Shown one piece after another: positions 13,558 to 26,827 of a DNA stretch of 64,000 nucleotides. The notes under the pieces were generated by a model, which was not told the origin of the DNA, made no database searches, and worked only from the letters and a program-made list of their open reading frames with translations. This DNA comes from Octopus vulgaris (taxonomy: Eukaryota). The position numbers and the translations under genes were made by a program. Within the stretch, counting starts at the first letter, position 1; each line of letters starts with the position of its first letter. The DNA lies in contig OX597825.1 in the NCBI GenBank assembly GCA_951406725.2, positions 29,760,001 through 29,824,000 on the forward strand. Reading direction: 5' to 3'.

Positions 13558-13779
13558 TTTAATATAAACACTATTATCAACATACTAATACTCAAATTTC
13601 ATAAACTATAAGCATAGTTTCATTTAAGAATTATCACAGCAGAAAATCAGTAAATAAAAATGTACTATTAATATTATTCCTACAAAACCCATTATTAATG
13701 AAATCTCATTTCTACGGTGGCAAAAATAACCACTGTAATATTTGTGTAATTTGGAAAAACTTTCACTCAGCTCACCACC

Positions 13780-13780
<1 letters not shown>

Positions 13781-13843
<63 letters not shown>
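13781..13843. repeat. (AAT)n microsatellite
   Basis: Direct reading. Confidence 0.95.
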
Positions 13844-13844
<1 letters not shown>

Positions 13845-14381
13845 CTAACATCAGTACTGGACTGGTTTTTTTTACTATGAACCGTAAAAGGATAAAATAC
13901 AAAGTTGCCTCTTGCTGAATTATAACCCAGAGCTTAGATAGTCAGACTAAATGTCACAAGGAATACCCATTCTATTTGATACTCATGCATGCAAATCTAC
14001 TCCGCCGACTGCAGTCATTTTTGACTTCCAGAAAAATATTTAAAACAGCAACACTTAACATACATTTTTTTCTCTCTGAAGAAAAAGTTGGCAAATTCAG
14101 AAATCCAGAGACTTGTCCAAAGCTCATACTCGTATGTTGGGCATCTATGCTTTCTATCCAGTTACTTGTGAACCAATTGCATGTATGGGTGTGTGTGTGT
14201 GCACATATCTTTTTGAATGTATATGTGTATGCATAAATATGCCTGTGTATATCTATACTCACACACATATATATGTATGTATACATATTTATACGTATAT
14301 ATACATATCTATGTAAATATATAAATATACATATCTATATCTATCCATCTATCTCTCTATTTCTCTCTCTATCTATCTATC

Positions 14382-14415
<34 letters not shown>

Positions 14416-15008
14416 TACATACATACATATATATATACACACACACATACATATCTATGTGTGTGTATATATATATATATATCAACACACACACACATTC
14501 ACTCACATATATGTATATGGACATGCACGCAGATGCACATCTCATTCCAATACAGCACTCTAACGATAAATCCATTATATTACTTTAGCTAAATGCTCAG
14601 GTTAGCATTGTGTTACAGAATGTATCTTAAATAACTTTTAAGGATTCTTCTACTATGCACACAATATACTCTGTAAAATTAGTTGCAAATCTCTCTGTTT
14701 TTATTGCATGAATATTTTCGGAAGTGACTTTCAGATAACCTGAATAATTCTTCTGCATTATCTCTACTCTCTGTCTGATATTGAATACTAACATTTTTGT
14801 GTCTGCAAAATATTGAGTTTTAGTATATATTTAAAATTTATTTATTTTGTTTTTCTCGAGAAGACTTTTACAATATAAGCAAAATACAAAGCTATGTATT
14901 TTTTCTACTTCCCTTTTTTTTATGTATCTCTGATTTATTTAAAAAAGAAAAACAAATAACTAATATATGTGATGTAAAAAAGTAAAAAGAAAGTCAAATT
15001 GCCTGTGT

Positions 15009-15040
<32 letters not shown>

Positions 15041-16338
15041 ATATATATATACATTGAAAATGCAAAATTTAGATGCATATTTTCTAAATTATTCATGCTT
15101 TAATCACAACTGAAAACTTTCTCTTTTAAATTAGGCTTGAAATAAGCAATATATTCTTTCCTGAAAAATTCTGTATCAAAACCCTTCAAACATTAATACA
15201 TATTTTATTTACATGATTTCTATTAAAAAGAAAAAAAAGATATTCATTCGTATAAAATTCGATAATACTTGCTGATTATCTCTGAAAATTCATGTGGTAG
15301 TTTATTAATAAATTTCCATATTTCTGTTTTGAAATATAATGCAAAAGCATAGCCCTGTATGGTTTTACAGAAACAATCATTTTTCTAAAGTATCTTATCA
15401 CTATAAGTACGGCTATTTACCTGAGGAAATGCAGGAAAATGAAATTACATATATTGAGGGAGAAGGAGAAAGAATTGTAGATTAAAGATAAAAGATGGTA
15501 CAATACCTTAAGCTGTTGATTGAATGTAATTTAATCTAAAGAAAGAACTTTCTCATTGTACCCATAGAAATTTCAGATATTCATTTACATTCTAGTCCTG
15601 ATTTTTCATTTTATCGCAAAGCATTTCAAATTTCCACCAATACTGAATAAGTGGAATATAGGCCAATTGATACTCCTACTTAGGCGATATTAAGTGAAAG
15701 TTTTATTTGTTCAGTATACAAACATTCATAACACAATATCATATGCAGGAAAGTGCATTAAACTGTGTAATGGTAAATTCACTCTAATGTGAAACAACTT
15801 AAAAATTCAGCTCAAATGCAACATTGCGAAGACTCTGGTAAATAAATTAAGTGAAATTGGAAGGAACGGTAGCTACTTAGTATTGATTTCTAACACAGCA
15901 ATGGTACCAACCAATGTTTATCATAGGTAAGAGAAGTAATATCAGGCAGCACATATATCATTCTTAAGTTTATTAGTGATATAAATGAACTGAGAATTAA
16001 CATCCAGGAATTGGAAACAAGTTGCAGGTTTACATTTCCAAGAACTTATTTCATTTGAAAGTCATATGCTTTGGTACCTACCTAAAGAGTTTTCAACTAA
16101 ATACAACATAAAAGCACAAATTGAACCAGCAACGGCACACAGTTTATAAAATTATAGTAACCGGCCTCTTACATTACTGATGCCCATGAGAAAGACAAGA
16201 GTCACAGTCAATGGTCCCCTAGCACTTCTTTGATGCTTTATTTTATTAACTTCAGTTGGATCTGCACTCTGTACATAAAGGTTATCAATTAAATACTACA
16301 AGGCATTTTTTTTCAGTCATGTAAAAATTAATAATGAT

Positions 16339-16559
16339 CCTTTTTTTTTTTACTATAAGTGCAAAGCCTGAAATTTCGTATGGAAGAGGAAATTCAATAT
16401 GATCTCTCACAATGGTCACCTGGTGCTTCTTTTATTGACCTCATAAGGATGAAAATTAAAATTAATCCTGGTGGAGTTTGAACTCAGAGCATAAAGACAG
16501 ACAAAATGTCTCTAAGTATTTTGTCCAGCATGCTAATAATTCTGCCAGCTTGACACCTT
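16339..16559 (-). mobile_element. SINE family A (A1, diverged)
   Basis: Family A body and tail motifs. Confidence 0.8.
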
Positions 16560-16632
16560 AGTAATAGGAAAAACAACAACAACAACAATGATAATAATAA
16601 TATTATTAAAAATAATAATAATAAAAATAATA

Positions 16633-16670
<38 letters not shown>

Positions 16671-16720
16671 AATAATAATAATAGTAATAAAAATAATAAT
16701 AATAATAATAATGATAATGA

Positions 16721-16933
16721 TCCTTTCAACTGGAAGCACAAGGCCTTAAATTTGAGGGAAGTGATTAAGTTGATTTCATTGACCCCAGTGCATAACTAAT
16801 ACCTATTTAATCAACCCTGAAAGGATGAAAGGCAAAGTCAACCCCGGTGGAATTTAAATTCAGAATGTTGTGGCAGACGACATACCACTTATCATTTCAC
16901 CTGGCATGCTAAAGATTCTGTCAGCTCACCACC

Positions 16934-16935
<2 letters not shown>
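16721..16935 (-). mobile_element. SINE family A (A1) within (AAT)n tract
   Basis: CCCTGAAAGGATGAAAGGCAAAGTC core. Confidence 0.85.
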
Positions 16936-16984
<49 letters not shown>

Positions 16985-17030
16985 GTAATAATAATAATAA
17001 TAATAAAAATAGTAATAATAATAATAATAA

Positions 17031-17061
<31 letters not shown>

Positions 17062-17804
17062 AATGATAATTATTATTATTTCTTCAATGGCCACGAGGGC
17101 TTAACACAAAATTAAAAAGGGACAATACAACACAAGGGACATGTGAGGTTTAGCACAAAACCTTTGTGTATAAAATTGAAACAAGAAGAATTAAGTCCTT
17201 TCTCTGTTGCCTTTTAGTATTTAAATTTTTCTTCACCTTGTTTGTTGCATGTTCAAACCCAGCTTGAGCAGATTTCACCATTCAGTTCTCCAAAATCGAT
17301 AAAATAATCCCCTTACCATATAATGTAGGTCTGTGCAGGTGAAGTCTCCTCTTTAGCAACAACGTAATGATAATGCTGACTTTGTGCCAAGATAAAAGAT
17401 CACTATCATGGTTATTAAGCTCCCTATTGTTGTTTAGAGGAAAATGTTTCGTATTGTATTTGGGCAGTCATTTTAAACGGTTTCCGGTCTATGATGGCTA
17501 CATTGTAACGAAGAAAATTAGAAAGGAAAATTGTTCTTTCCTAGATTACATGTCAAACACACACACTCTTGTGCACGTTTAAGTGTTTATAAGTATGTGT
17601 GTATTTCTATGTATGTATATATACATATATGTGTGTTTATATGTATATACATATAAATACATATGTGTGTATAGGTCTATATATGTATATATATGTATGT
17701 AATTTAAGCAAAATGGTATGGAATCATAATAAATATGAATAAGAACAATGTTTTCCGTTTAGTATTGTAATAGCATAGTAAATGTCTATTTTCTTCTTCT
17801 TCTG

Positions 17805-17813
17805 ATTATTATC

Positions 17814-17866
<53 letters not shown>

Positions 17867-17886
17867 CATTATTATTATTATTATTA
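17805..17886. repeat. (ATT)n microsatellite
   Basis: Direct reading. Confidence 0.95.
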
Positions 17887-18723
17887 AAGTTTATAAATCC
17901 GGAAGATGTTGAATAATGTTGAAGTAAAAAGAAAACAAAATAGAGGTCTTGTTACGACATGTTTCTAAAACTTAAATTACAAATATACAAAATGTCTAAA
18001 TTCACCCCACACTGCTCTTTCCAAATATTTTAGAATTTAAATTATAATTTTATGGTAGTTTTGCAAGCATACAAGTATTGCTATAATTATTATTATTAAT
18101 TTTTTTTATAGCTTAAGCTAATTTTTATTCTCTAGGAAAATCAGTGAAGGAAAATACATACAAAAACAAAAGAAATAAACAGAAACTAAAATCTAGCATC
18201 AAGATCCATTATAATTTTTGTTTGGTGGTAGGGAGTATAATTTTTTTCTTTTTTTTTTGCAAATTTTCATGGGTATTTGTGGTATACAAAAGGCTACATT
18301 ATTTGACACTCCTGAAATATATGAATGGATGCATTTTAGTGGAAAGAAAACTGGAATTTTACAATGAATACAATTTGCTAATAAAAATTGAAAATGTGTC
18401 CATTAAATAATAAATGTATAATGTTTAATAAGAATTATTATTTAATGAATAATAAGTATTTTCAATGAGGAAGTGATTGGTGGGTGCATTCATTTACATG
18501 TGTGTGTGTTCACATAGATATATTAAAAGCAAAAATAATGCTATACTGATATACTGATAGAGCTTGCTCTGTGTGTGTGTGTGTGTGTCTGTTGCTTTTT
18601 TTAGCTGAAGGAAAATAAAAGAAACAGAAGCAGAAACAGAAAGTAGTAGATCATTCTTACCAATAATTGCAACCATAACAAAAACAGCATTACCATTATC
18701 AAAATTCTCACTAACACAATGAG

Positions 18724-19141
18724 CATGATCGCTGCCAGAGCAAGAAACTGGCCTCTGTGCCGGTGGCATGTAAAAAGCACCATTCGAGCGTGATTCTTAC
18801 CTGTATCGCCTTACTGGCACTTGTGCTGGTGGTATGTGAAAAAACATTCGAGAGTGGTCGTTGCCAGTGCCGCTGGACTGGCTCCTGTGCAGGTGGCACA
18901 TAAAAAGCACCATTTGAGTGTGGCCGCTGCCAGTACCACCTGACTGACCCTCGTGCTGGTGGCATGTAAAATCACCCACTACACTCTCGTTAGGAAGAGC
19001 ATCCAACTGTAGAAACTCTGCTAGATCACATTGGAGTCTGGTGCAGCCATGTGGTTCGCCATTCCTCAGTCAAAAATCGTCCAACCCATGCTAGCAGGGA
19101 AAGCAGACGTTAAACGAGGATGATGATGATGATGATGATGA
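18724..19141 (+). mobile_element. RTE-clade LINE 3' end with (ATG)n tail
   Basis: Homologous to 7141-7605. Confidence 0.8.
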
Positions 19142-19610
19142 CAACCACTATCAACACCACCACCTTCTTCATTGCCACCACCATAAAACAACAACTATAA
19201 CAAAGTAGTCACTATGTGGCCTTCAGTCTGATGCAAGCTACAGTTAAAACTCACTTGAATAATATCCTTTATTTGATCTAAATGTAAAAAAAAAGACAGA
19301 ATGTTCTCAGCTGGAATACTTTTATCGTAGTTCTGCTCACCTAAGCTAAACAACTGTTACAATGGCAACAACAACAATTGTGACCAGTGTAATAATGTTT
19401 TATAAAACATTAGAAATCATTGGCTACAATAACCACAAATTTGTGGGGAAGAGGTATTGAACTGCTTCCAGTACAATGAGGGAGGTAAAAAACGAAAGGA
19501 CGAGGTCAGCAGGATCCACATTCAGAATGTAAAGTAAGTACTGTCTGAGGGCAGGGGATCCTGTATCTCTGGGGTCACAACATGCCCCTCTGAACCTAAC
19601 ACCTGTCCAT

Positions 19611-19757
19611 TGTAGGGTTACTTATTCTTAGCAGTTGAGTAAACTGGAGCAATGTGAAATGAAGTGCTTTGCTCAAGAACACAGCTCACTGCCTTGTCTG
19701 TGAATTGAAACCATGATTTTGCAATCATGGGTGTAATACCCAAACCACTAGGCCACG
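19611..19757 (-). mobile_element. SINE family E-related partial copy
   Basis: ACTGGAGCAATGTGAAATGAAGTG...GCTCAAGAACAC shared with 49858 and 53994 copies. Confidence 0.7.
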
Positions 19758-20457
19758 GAAAGGAGCACATTGAATATTTTATTTAGCATTTTATTGAACA
19801 TTCTGCTCTTCCAGTTAGTACTCTACAACAGCATCCAGCATTCAACCATTTTTTCTTCATTCTTCAACAATGAACGCACAAATTGGAAATGCATCATTAT
19901 TTGATACAAAATATTAATATAATGTTGATAACGTTAGAAAATATAAATCTAAAAATAATCAATGTAATGATATGAAAATGAGAAAATGTTCGTGTTAATA
20001 AAAATAGAGGCTACAGTAGATTTGTCAGTTCTAAAATTGCAGATGATAAATAAGGCAAGTATAAGAATTTAGGATGTGTTTTACGATGACATATTTGGGA
20101 AGAAAAGTCAAATAAATGAAGTAGTGCCTATATGAGAAAGTGTAAGTAGTGTAAATTATTGCTAACATTCTCCAAGAAAATAACGTCAGCTACAAATTGA
20201 ATTGTTATTATAGATTATAATTTGTTTGTTTTAGATACAAAAATGTGAGCAGAGGTACACACATACACATATATGCATACATGCACATGCACACAAACAC
20301 ATTTTTACAGTTAATCTAGATCCTCGATGATAACGAGAGCTTCTAATTATATAACCCCACTTAATACGTTCTTGCAAAATCTATGTTTCCCTACACATAC
20401 AGATATTTATGCATGCATACATTCATTCATGCATATATATGTATATGCACATGTGTA

Positions 20458-20805
20458 TACAGGGTGCAATGGGCAAATTGTCGCCATTTTATATTTTCAA
20501 TTTTGCACATGATCATTGTTTGTTTTTGATTTTGTCGACTACACAGTGTAGTAGGGTCGGTTGGGCACCGTCTGTGAGAAAAACAGCACCATGACACGAT
20601 TCCCTCTGCCAGAAATTTGGAAACAACATGCTGTACTACTTGACATTCATAGCAGAAGCTCCAATATAAATATTTCTGAGGACATGTACCGAGAATGATA
20701 AAAATCAAACATCCAGTCAATATTTATGGTGTTTGGAGTGATCATTAGTGATGGTGATGTTTTGCCTCCACTCATCTTCCCACATGGCCTCATACTCAAC
20801 ACAAT
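20458..20805 (+). mobile_element. Internally deleted Tc1/mariner (maT-like) transposon 5' part
   Basis: TA+CAGGGTG terminus; ATG at 20591 (MTRFPLPEIWKQHAVLL); frameshifted KIKHPVNI/MVFGVIISDGDVLPPLIFPHGLILNT resembles the KHP..VMVWG motif of maT transposases. Confidence 0.7.
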
Positions 20806-20822
20806 GCTGTTGTATTTGTATA

Positions 20823-21036
20823 TACAAGGTGCTGAAAAGTTCCTGGTTTTAGGTAAAAGAAAATTTAAGAGGATTAGTTAATCATATTGTTCAACATATT
20901 ACCCTCTCAGATTCACACACTTATTGCAGTGGCCCTTCAGTTTTTCTAAACCCTGAAACAGAACTTGGAAGGATGGGCCTCCAATCAGGCCTTTCATGAT
21001 ACTCTTAAGCCTGGAACTTTTCAGCAACCTCTCGTA
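20823..21036. mobile_element. Mariner-derived MITE
   Basis: Imperfect TIRs TACAAGGTGCTGAAAAGTTCCTGG / CCTGGAACTTTTCAGCAACCTCTCGTA, TA ends; minus strand retains transposase C-terminus CNKCVNLRG.YVE; second copy at 30433. Confidence 0.85.
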
Positions 21037-21259
21037 TGTCTGCTTATATAAGTATATTAAAACCTCATAACTCTACCGCCGTATAGCTATCTTTTAAGAT
21101 GATAAGCAACATGCTCCATCTCATTATAAATAACAAGTTATCACTACACTTGGGTCAAAGTTATTCTATCTGTATTTCTAAACATTGCATCCAAATTTCT
21201 TCAGTCACCAGCAAACCCAGCCCTTTCTTGTGCAATTTGTCCCATTTACATTTTTTTAA

Positions 21260-21571
21260 TGTTGTTGTTTTTTGTTCCTTCTCAAGCCATGACTGGCTCA
21301 TAAGGGCCGGTTTCCCGGTTTCCTTGGCATATAGATTCCCCACCTGGATGGGACGTCTGCCTGTTGCAGGTGAGCTGCAAGATGCAGGAGGAAAGAGTGA
21401 GAGAAAGTTGTAGCGAAAAGAGTCAGCAGAAGTTTACCATTACCTTCGGCCAGAGCCGTGTGGAGCTAAGTGCTTCACTTATAAACACACACATCGCCCG
21501 GTCTGAGATTCGAACCCACAATCCCTCGACCATGAGTCCACTGCTCTAACCACTAGGCCATGTGCCTCCAC
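21260..21571 (-). mobile_element. tRNA-derived SINE family D
   Basis: Head GTGGAGGCACATGGCCTAGTGGTTAGAG...GGGTTCGAATC (A/B boxes), (AAC)n tail; near-identical to 28070-28382. Confidence 0.9.
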
Positions 21572-22462
21572 ACATTTCTTCAACTCGTTCATTCATCCCT
21601 TTGTTTGTTTGACGATCATTTTCTATGCCACCTTAGATTTCATTGTGAAGTTACATGACACAGAACTTTGTACTCAGAAGCCTTTCCAGTCACCATTTTT
21701 TCCTTGCATTATTATTCTTTGTGCTCTTCCTTTCTTCTTACCCTGTTCCCTCTTCTCATTCTTCTTCTTATTCCTTTTTGCTTTTTCTTAATTACTCTGT
21801 CTTAAAATCTCTTTGTCTGTGTCTTTCTCTCTCTCATTTTTTGTCTGGTTTAACCCACCTTTTCCATACCATTCTTCTTATACTCCTCTCATCTATTCAC
21901 TTGTCTGCATTAAGTCTTGCCTCTCTTAGCAACTACTAAAGTCGTAATCAGGAGACCTTTTCCTTTTCTCCACCACCCAGTTGTCCTCCAAGTGACAAGT
22001 GATCCAAACAAAGCCGTGCAGTTGATGTGTTTTAAAAGCAAATTCTAAATATGGAATATTCAATCACCTGAAAAACGAAAATGAGATACTGAGCAACAAC
22101 ACATGCAAACTCATACATGTCCTGTACACACACACACCACATGCACACACGCACACACATATACATGCATTACACACATGCATATATATATAAAGACATG
22201 CACATGTTTTTTGAGGTAGTGTCTAATTTACATGTTAGTAATATTTATGCATTTGCCTTAGCAGATCTTGTGTGCGTGTCTGCGAGTGCATATGTGTATG
22301 TGTGTGTAAATTTGTATACTGTACAATAAAACACTATAAATTATAATATATATAGATTTACAACTACTCTGGTCCACATATGTATACATGCATACATACA
22401 TACATACATACATACACATATATATATATATCTATATATATATATATATATCTTCCTCATCA

Positions 22463-22508
<46 letters not shown>

Positions 22509-22991
22509 TCCTCATTATTATTTATATGTATATATATATATATATAAATACACAGACACACGCATAAATACTCATGCAGATGTAGATGCATGCATAACAG
22601 ACAATATTCACTGACATGCTATTAATGTAATATATACAGTTAGTCATGTGAAAATGAATATAAAACTGCTTAGGTAAAATATAAATAAATAAATAAATAA
22701 TAATAAATAAATAAACAAATAAATGTACCAGCAACAGTCAAAACTGTTTTGCAAATTTGCAAAATAATATTTAGAAGAGAAAATTAAAATTATATTTTTT
22801 CAAAGCTATCTTTCAGTAGTTAGAAAATAAAATATTATCTTGAAAATAATGTAATTTTCATTTTAGCCTTATTGTATTAGATTCTCTGTAAATGATTTTC
22901 ACACTTCAAATAAATATCATTAAAAATCATAGAGAAAATAAAGTCAATAATTGTCATGAATTTAATTAAATCACACAGAAGCATCAGCAAC

Positions 22992-23044
<53 letters not shown>

Positions 23045-23045
23045 C

Positions 23046-23089
<44 letters not shown>

Positions 23090-23090
23090 C
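22992..23090. repeat. (AGT)n microsatellite
   Basis: Direct reading. Confidence 0.95.
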
Positions 23091-23480
23091 AGCAGCAGCA
23101 TTCCTTTTATTAGAATTTCCTTTGTGTTCAACAATAATTATATACACTGAAAAGTAATGGTCTGGTAGATACAGTTGCCCAACATATCAATCTACCGCTG
23201 TTCAATCACATGTCTAGATTCACGGTTCAAATTCTGCTAGTGTGTTAAGAGTTGACTTTGATCTACGTGCATGACCTACAGGTCTCATTAGACTGCAGCT
23301 TACTGCCACTTGCTTGTTGCATAAGCAACCGAGAGTACAATACCACCACACACTTACACAAAGAGATGAACACAGGCACACACACACACACACTTGGTTT
23401 GATAAGTGCTATGCACAAACCTTTCAGGCCCTGAGTAATTGCATAACTTCTGATTCTACACACACAGACATACATATATA

Positions 23481-23748
23481 TCATCATCATCATCATCTTC
23501 ATCGTTTAATATCCGCTTTCCATGCTAGCATGGGTTGGACGATTTGACTGAGGACTGGCGAACCAGATGGCTGCTCCAGGCTTCAATCTTGATCTGGCAG
23601 AGTTTCTACAGCTGGATGACCTTCCTAACACCAACCACTCTGAGAGTGTAGTGGGTACTTTCACGTGCCACTGGCACGGGAGTCAGTCAGGCAGTACTGG
23701 CAATGACCTCGCTCGAATCCTTTTTCATGTGCCACCGGACAAGTGCCA
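23481..23748 (-). mobile_element. RTE-clade LINE 3' end, 5'-truncated
   Basis: (CAT)n-CGTTTAA..CCGCTTTCCATGCTAGCATGGG, reverse complement of the 7141-7605 end. Confidence 0.85.
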
Positions 23749-23905
23749 ATAGGCAAATCAAAATTAAAATCAGAAACAAGAAAGTTTAAGATGGAAAAAA
23801 GTAGGGTGTGACATTTCAAGTGTTGGCTATTTGTCAGAAGGAGGAAAGAAGGAAAAGTCCAGAGAGAAGAAAAAGTATAGTCCAAGAAAATCACATGCAT
23901 CATTA

Positions 23906-23936
<31 letters not shown>

Positions 23937-24094
23937 ATTATTGGATAGTAAAGCAGAATGGTTTACACCTGGTAGCTTACTGGTAAAGCACGGTCACTTT
24001 CACACTGATTGTTATATATAAGGAAAATGAAAGATGGAAGATGGAATATGCAAAAATTTATTATTAATCATGACATTTGTTTTGACACACCTAC

Positions 24095-24202
24095 CATCGA
24101 TCCCTCATGGGTGACACACTCAACAACTGGTTCAGGTGCATCAAGTGGTGCCGATGAATCTCGTTGGGTGATAAATAGATACAACACATTAAAATAATGG
24201 CT
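24095..24202 (-). other. Candidate 108-nt internal exon of an unidentified antisense transcript
   Basis: Acceptor cttactttgcag|, donor ATG|gtaggt, non-repetitive and locally GC-richer; two open frames. Confidence 0.4.
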
Positions 24203-24569
24203 CTGCAAAGTAAGATTCTCATTTTGTAACAAGAAAAACAGCCAGACATAGGAAATATCTTCATTTATATAGAAGATCAAAAATAAAATCACAGATGGGG
24301 AAAAAAAGAGAAACAAACATGCAATACACCAAGAAAAGTGTTAAAAATAACTGATATTAAATGGAAGTTTACTCAATGCCTTTAATGAAGCTACATTTTT
24401 TTTCTTTTTTACTAAAGAAATGGTTATCTGCACTGGATTTGATTATGTGTTATGTATATGTTGATAAGTAATGCAAACCATGGCCCCTGGTATAAATTCA
24501 TAGTATAAACACTTCCACTGTAAATGAGTATATAACATTCATTTTTATATATAAACGCAATTATATATT

Positions 24570-24782
24570 CTTATCTACTCTAAGTACAAGGCTCAAAGTT
24601 TTGGGGGAGGGGCCAGTCGATTAGGTCAACTCCAGTATGCAACTGGTACTTAATTTATCGACTCTGAAAGGATGAAAGACAAAGTCGATCTCAGGGGAAT
24701 TTGAACTCAGAACGTAAAGACAGATGAAATACTTCTAAGCATTTCACCCTGCGTGCTAACATTGCTGCCAGCTTGCCACCTT
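24570..24782 (-). mobile_element. SINE family A (A1)
   Basis: Family A body; decayed TSD TAAAYGCARTTRTATATT. Confidence 0.9.
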
Positions 24783-25045
24783 AAATGCAGTTGTATATTA
24801 AAACATGTCAACACCAATAAAGTAGTGAACAGTAAAACACTCAGTATTTATTGATCACACTATGTTATGTATGAGTACGTTCTTATCCTGACAAAATCAT
24901 TTATATATTAACTATTGGCAGGGGAGGAGTGAATAAATTAACATAATGAAGTTGATTAGTATTTTGTGTTATTCCTTTATCTCCTGAATTGATAAAGCAC
25001 TAAATCCAATAAAACAAGAAACGGGCACATATTTACATCAGTTCT

Positions 25046-25278
25046 TATTTATTTATTGTCCACAAGGGGTTTAACATAGAGGGGACAAACAAGGACAGAC
25101 AAAGGGATTAAGTCGATTACATCGACCCCAGTGCATAACTGGTACTTAATTTATCGACCCTGAAAATATGAAATGCAAAGTCGACCTCGGCAGAATTTGA
25201 ACTCAGAACATAAAGACAGACGAAATACCGCTAAGCATTTCACCCGGCATGCTAACATTTCTGCCAGCTCCCTGCTTT
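25046..25278 (-). mobile_element. SINE family A (A2)
   Basis: A2 tail; TSD TTTRCATCAGTTCT. Confidence 0.9.
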
Positions 25279-25480
25279 GCATCAGTTCTATGCCTTTACA
25301 TCAGTTCTATCAGTTATAGACTCTTGTTTCTACAAATCAAAGCATATTCAATTAATCAATTGATAATTATGTTCGTAAATAAAAGAAAAAATTATATTCT
25401 TGCTTGTGCCTTCAATGCTTGAAGAGACACTGAAATTCTATATATCGTAGACATTCAGCCACTATATCATTACAAGATGT

Positions 25481-25526
25481 CTGTCACTGAAGGGCCTGGG
25501 CAGGGTGAAATCACAGGATCTGACAG
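25481..25526 (+). ncRNA. Type I hammerhead ribozyme-like motif
   Basis: CUGUCA-CUGAAGG-GCCUGGGCAGGGU-GAAA-UC(acag)GA-UC|UGACAG; perfect 6-bp stem I; core deviations are A9->G and a G10.1-U11.1 wobble. Confidence 0.65.
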
Positions 25527-25969
25527 TTCCAGCACTGTTCTTGCTAAGCTGTGTGCAGACAACATTTGTTAAACTTGAAACATCTTTTTTTAAATAATGT
25601 CTTACACAGACATATTAAGGTACTTCTTTTTTAATGCTTTCCTGTATGATCTACTTGTGTGCCATTGGATTGCCTAGGCAGGGTTCTTTGAAGATATTCA
25701 ACAACAGTTTACTAAATTGTAAGACTTTCACCAATTATTCATACTACTAATTCTTTAAAACCTATACTTTCTGGGAATCTATGTTGGATACATAGATTTA
25801 AAAATATAATTTTTTATGCACAGTTTATATCCAACTTACCGTGGATACTGCTGTGTAAGAACATACATTTTACAATGGGAAAGGAAAATTTATGCTTACA
25901 CAAGATTTTCGAGATAAAATTGAGTATTTTATTCTATTTTTCTTCAAAAAATTCAGTCATACACACAAG

Positions 25970-26325
25970 CATGTCCATGTGTTCGCAAATTTCACTTTCC
26001 AAACACATGGTTCTGTGTTCAGTCCCAGTGTAAGCTTCCTAACCTTGGATCAATGCCCTATGAATGAATTTGGTAGCAGAAACTATGTGGAAGCCTTTCA
26101 TATATGTGTGTGCCTTTGTGTTTGGGTATGTATCCCACCACTGTTTGAGAACAGGTGTTGGTTGGTTTATATCTTCATAACTTAGCAGTCTGGCAAAAGA
26201 GAATGATAGAATAAGTACCAGACCTAGAGATAAATTCTGGGGCCGATTTGTTTGATTAAACTTGTCAAGATAGTTCCCTGTCATGGTTGCAGTCTAATGA
26301 GTGAAACCAGCAAAAGGGAAAAAAG
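25970..26325 (+). mobile_element. SINE family B (old copy)
   Basis: Diverged match to the adjacent 26407 copy. Confidence 0.7.
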
Positions 26326-26406
26326 GTAATAGTTACTCTTAAGAGTGTGTGTGTGCAGATAAGTAGGGGATTATTTTTCCTGTTTATAATAAATTTTTCA
26401 TGTATA

Positions 26407-26827
26407 GGTGCAGGAGTGGCTGTATGGTAAGTAGCTTGCTTACCAACCACATGGTTCCGGGTTCAGTACCACTGCATAGCATTTTGGCAAGTGTCTTCTA
26501 CTATGGCCTCAGGTCAACCAAAGCCTTGTGAGTGGATTTGGTAGACAGAAACTGAAAGAAGCCCGTCGTATATATGTATATATATATATATGTGTGTGTA
26601 TGTGTGTGTGTTTGTGTGTTTGTGTTTGTCCCCCCAACATTGCTTGACAACGGATGGTGGTGTGTTTACATCTCCGTTACTTAGTGGTTCAGCAAAAGAG
26701 ACCAATAGAATGTGTACTAGGCTTACAAAGAATAAGTACTGGGGTCGATTTGCTCAACTAAAGGTGGTGCTCCAGCATGGCTGCAGTCAAATGACTGAAA
26801 CAAGTAACAGAGAAAGGAGTAAAGGAG
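26407..26827 (+). mobile_element. tRNA-derived SINE family B with internal (TA)/(TG) tract
   Basis: Head GGTGCAGGAGTGGCTGTATGGTAAG...GGGTTCAGT, CORE-like TTGGCAAGTGTCTT, tail GAAACAAGTAA..GAG. Confidence 0.9.

Noticed and set aside
15899-15926. 28-nt candidate microexon (+), acag|...ATAG|gtaaga
   Set aside because: Weak pyrimidine tract, frame-shifting length, expected by chance; needs RNA-seq
25840-25850. 11-nt candidate microexon (-), acag|CAGTATCCACG|gtaagt
   Set aside because: Too short to support from sequence alone
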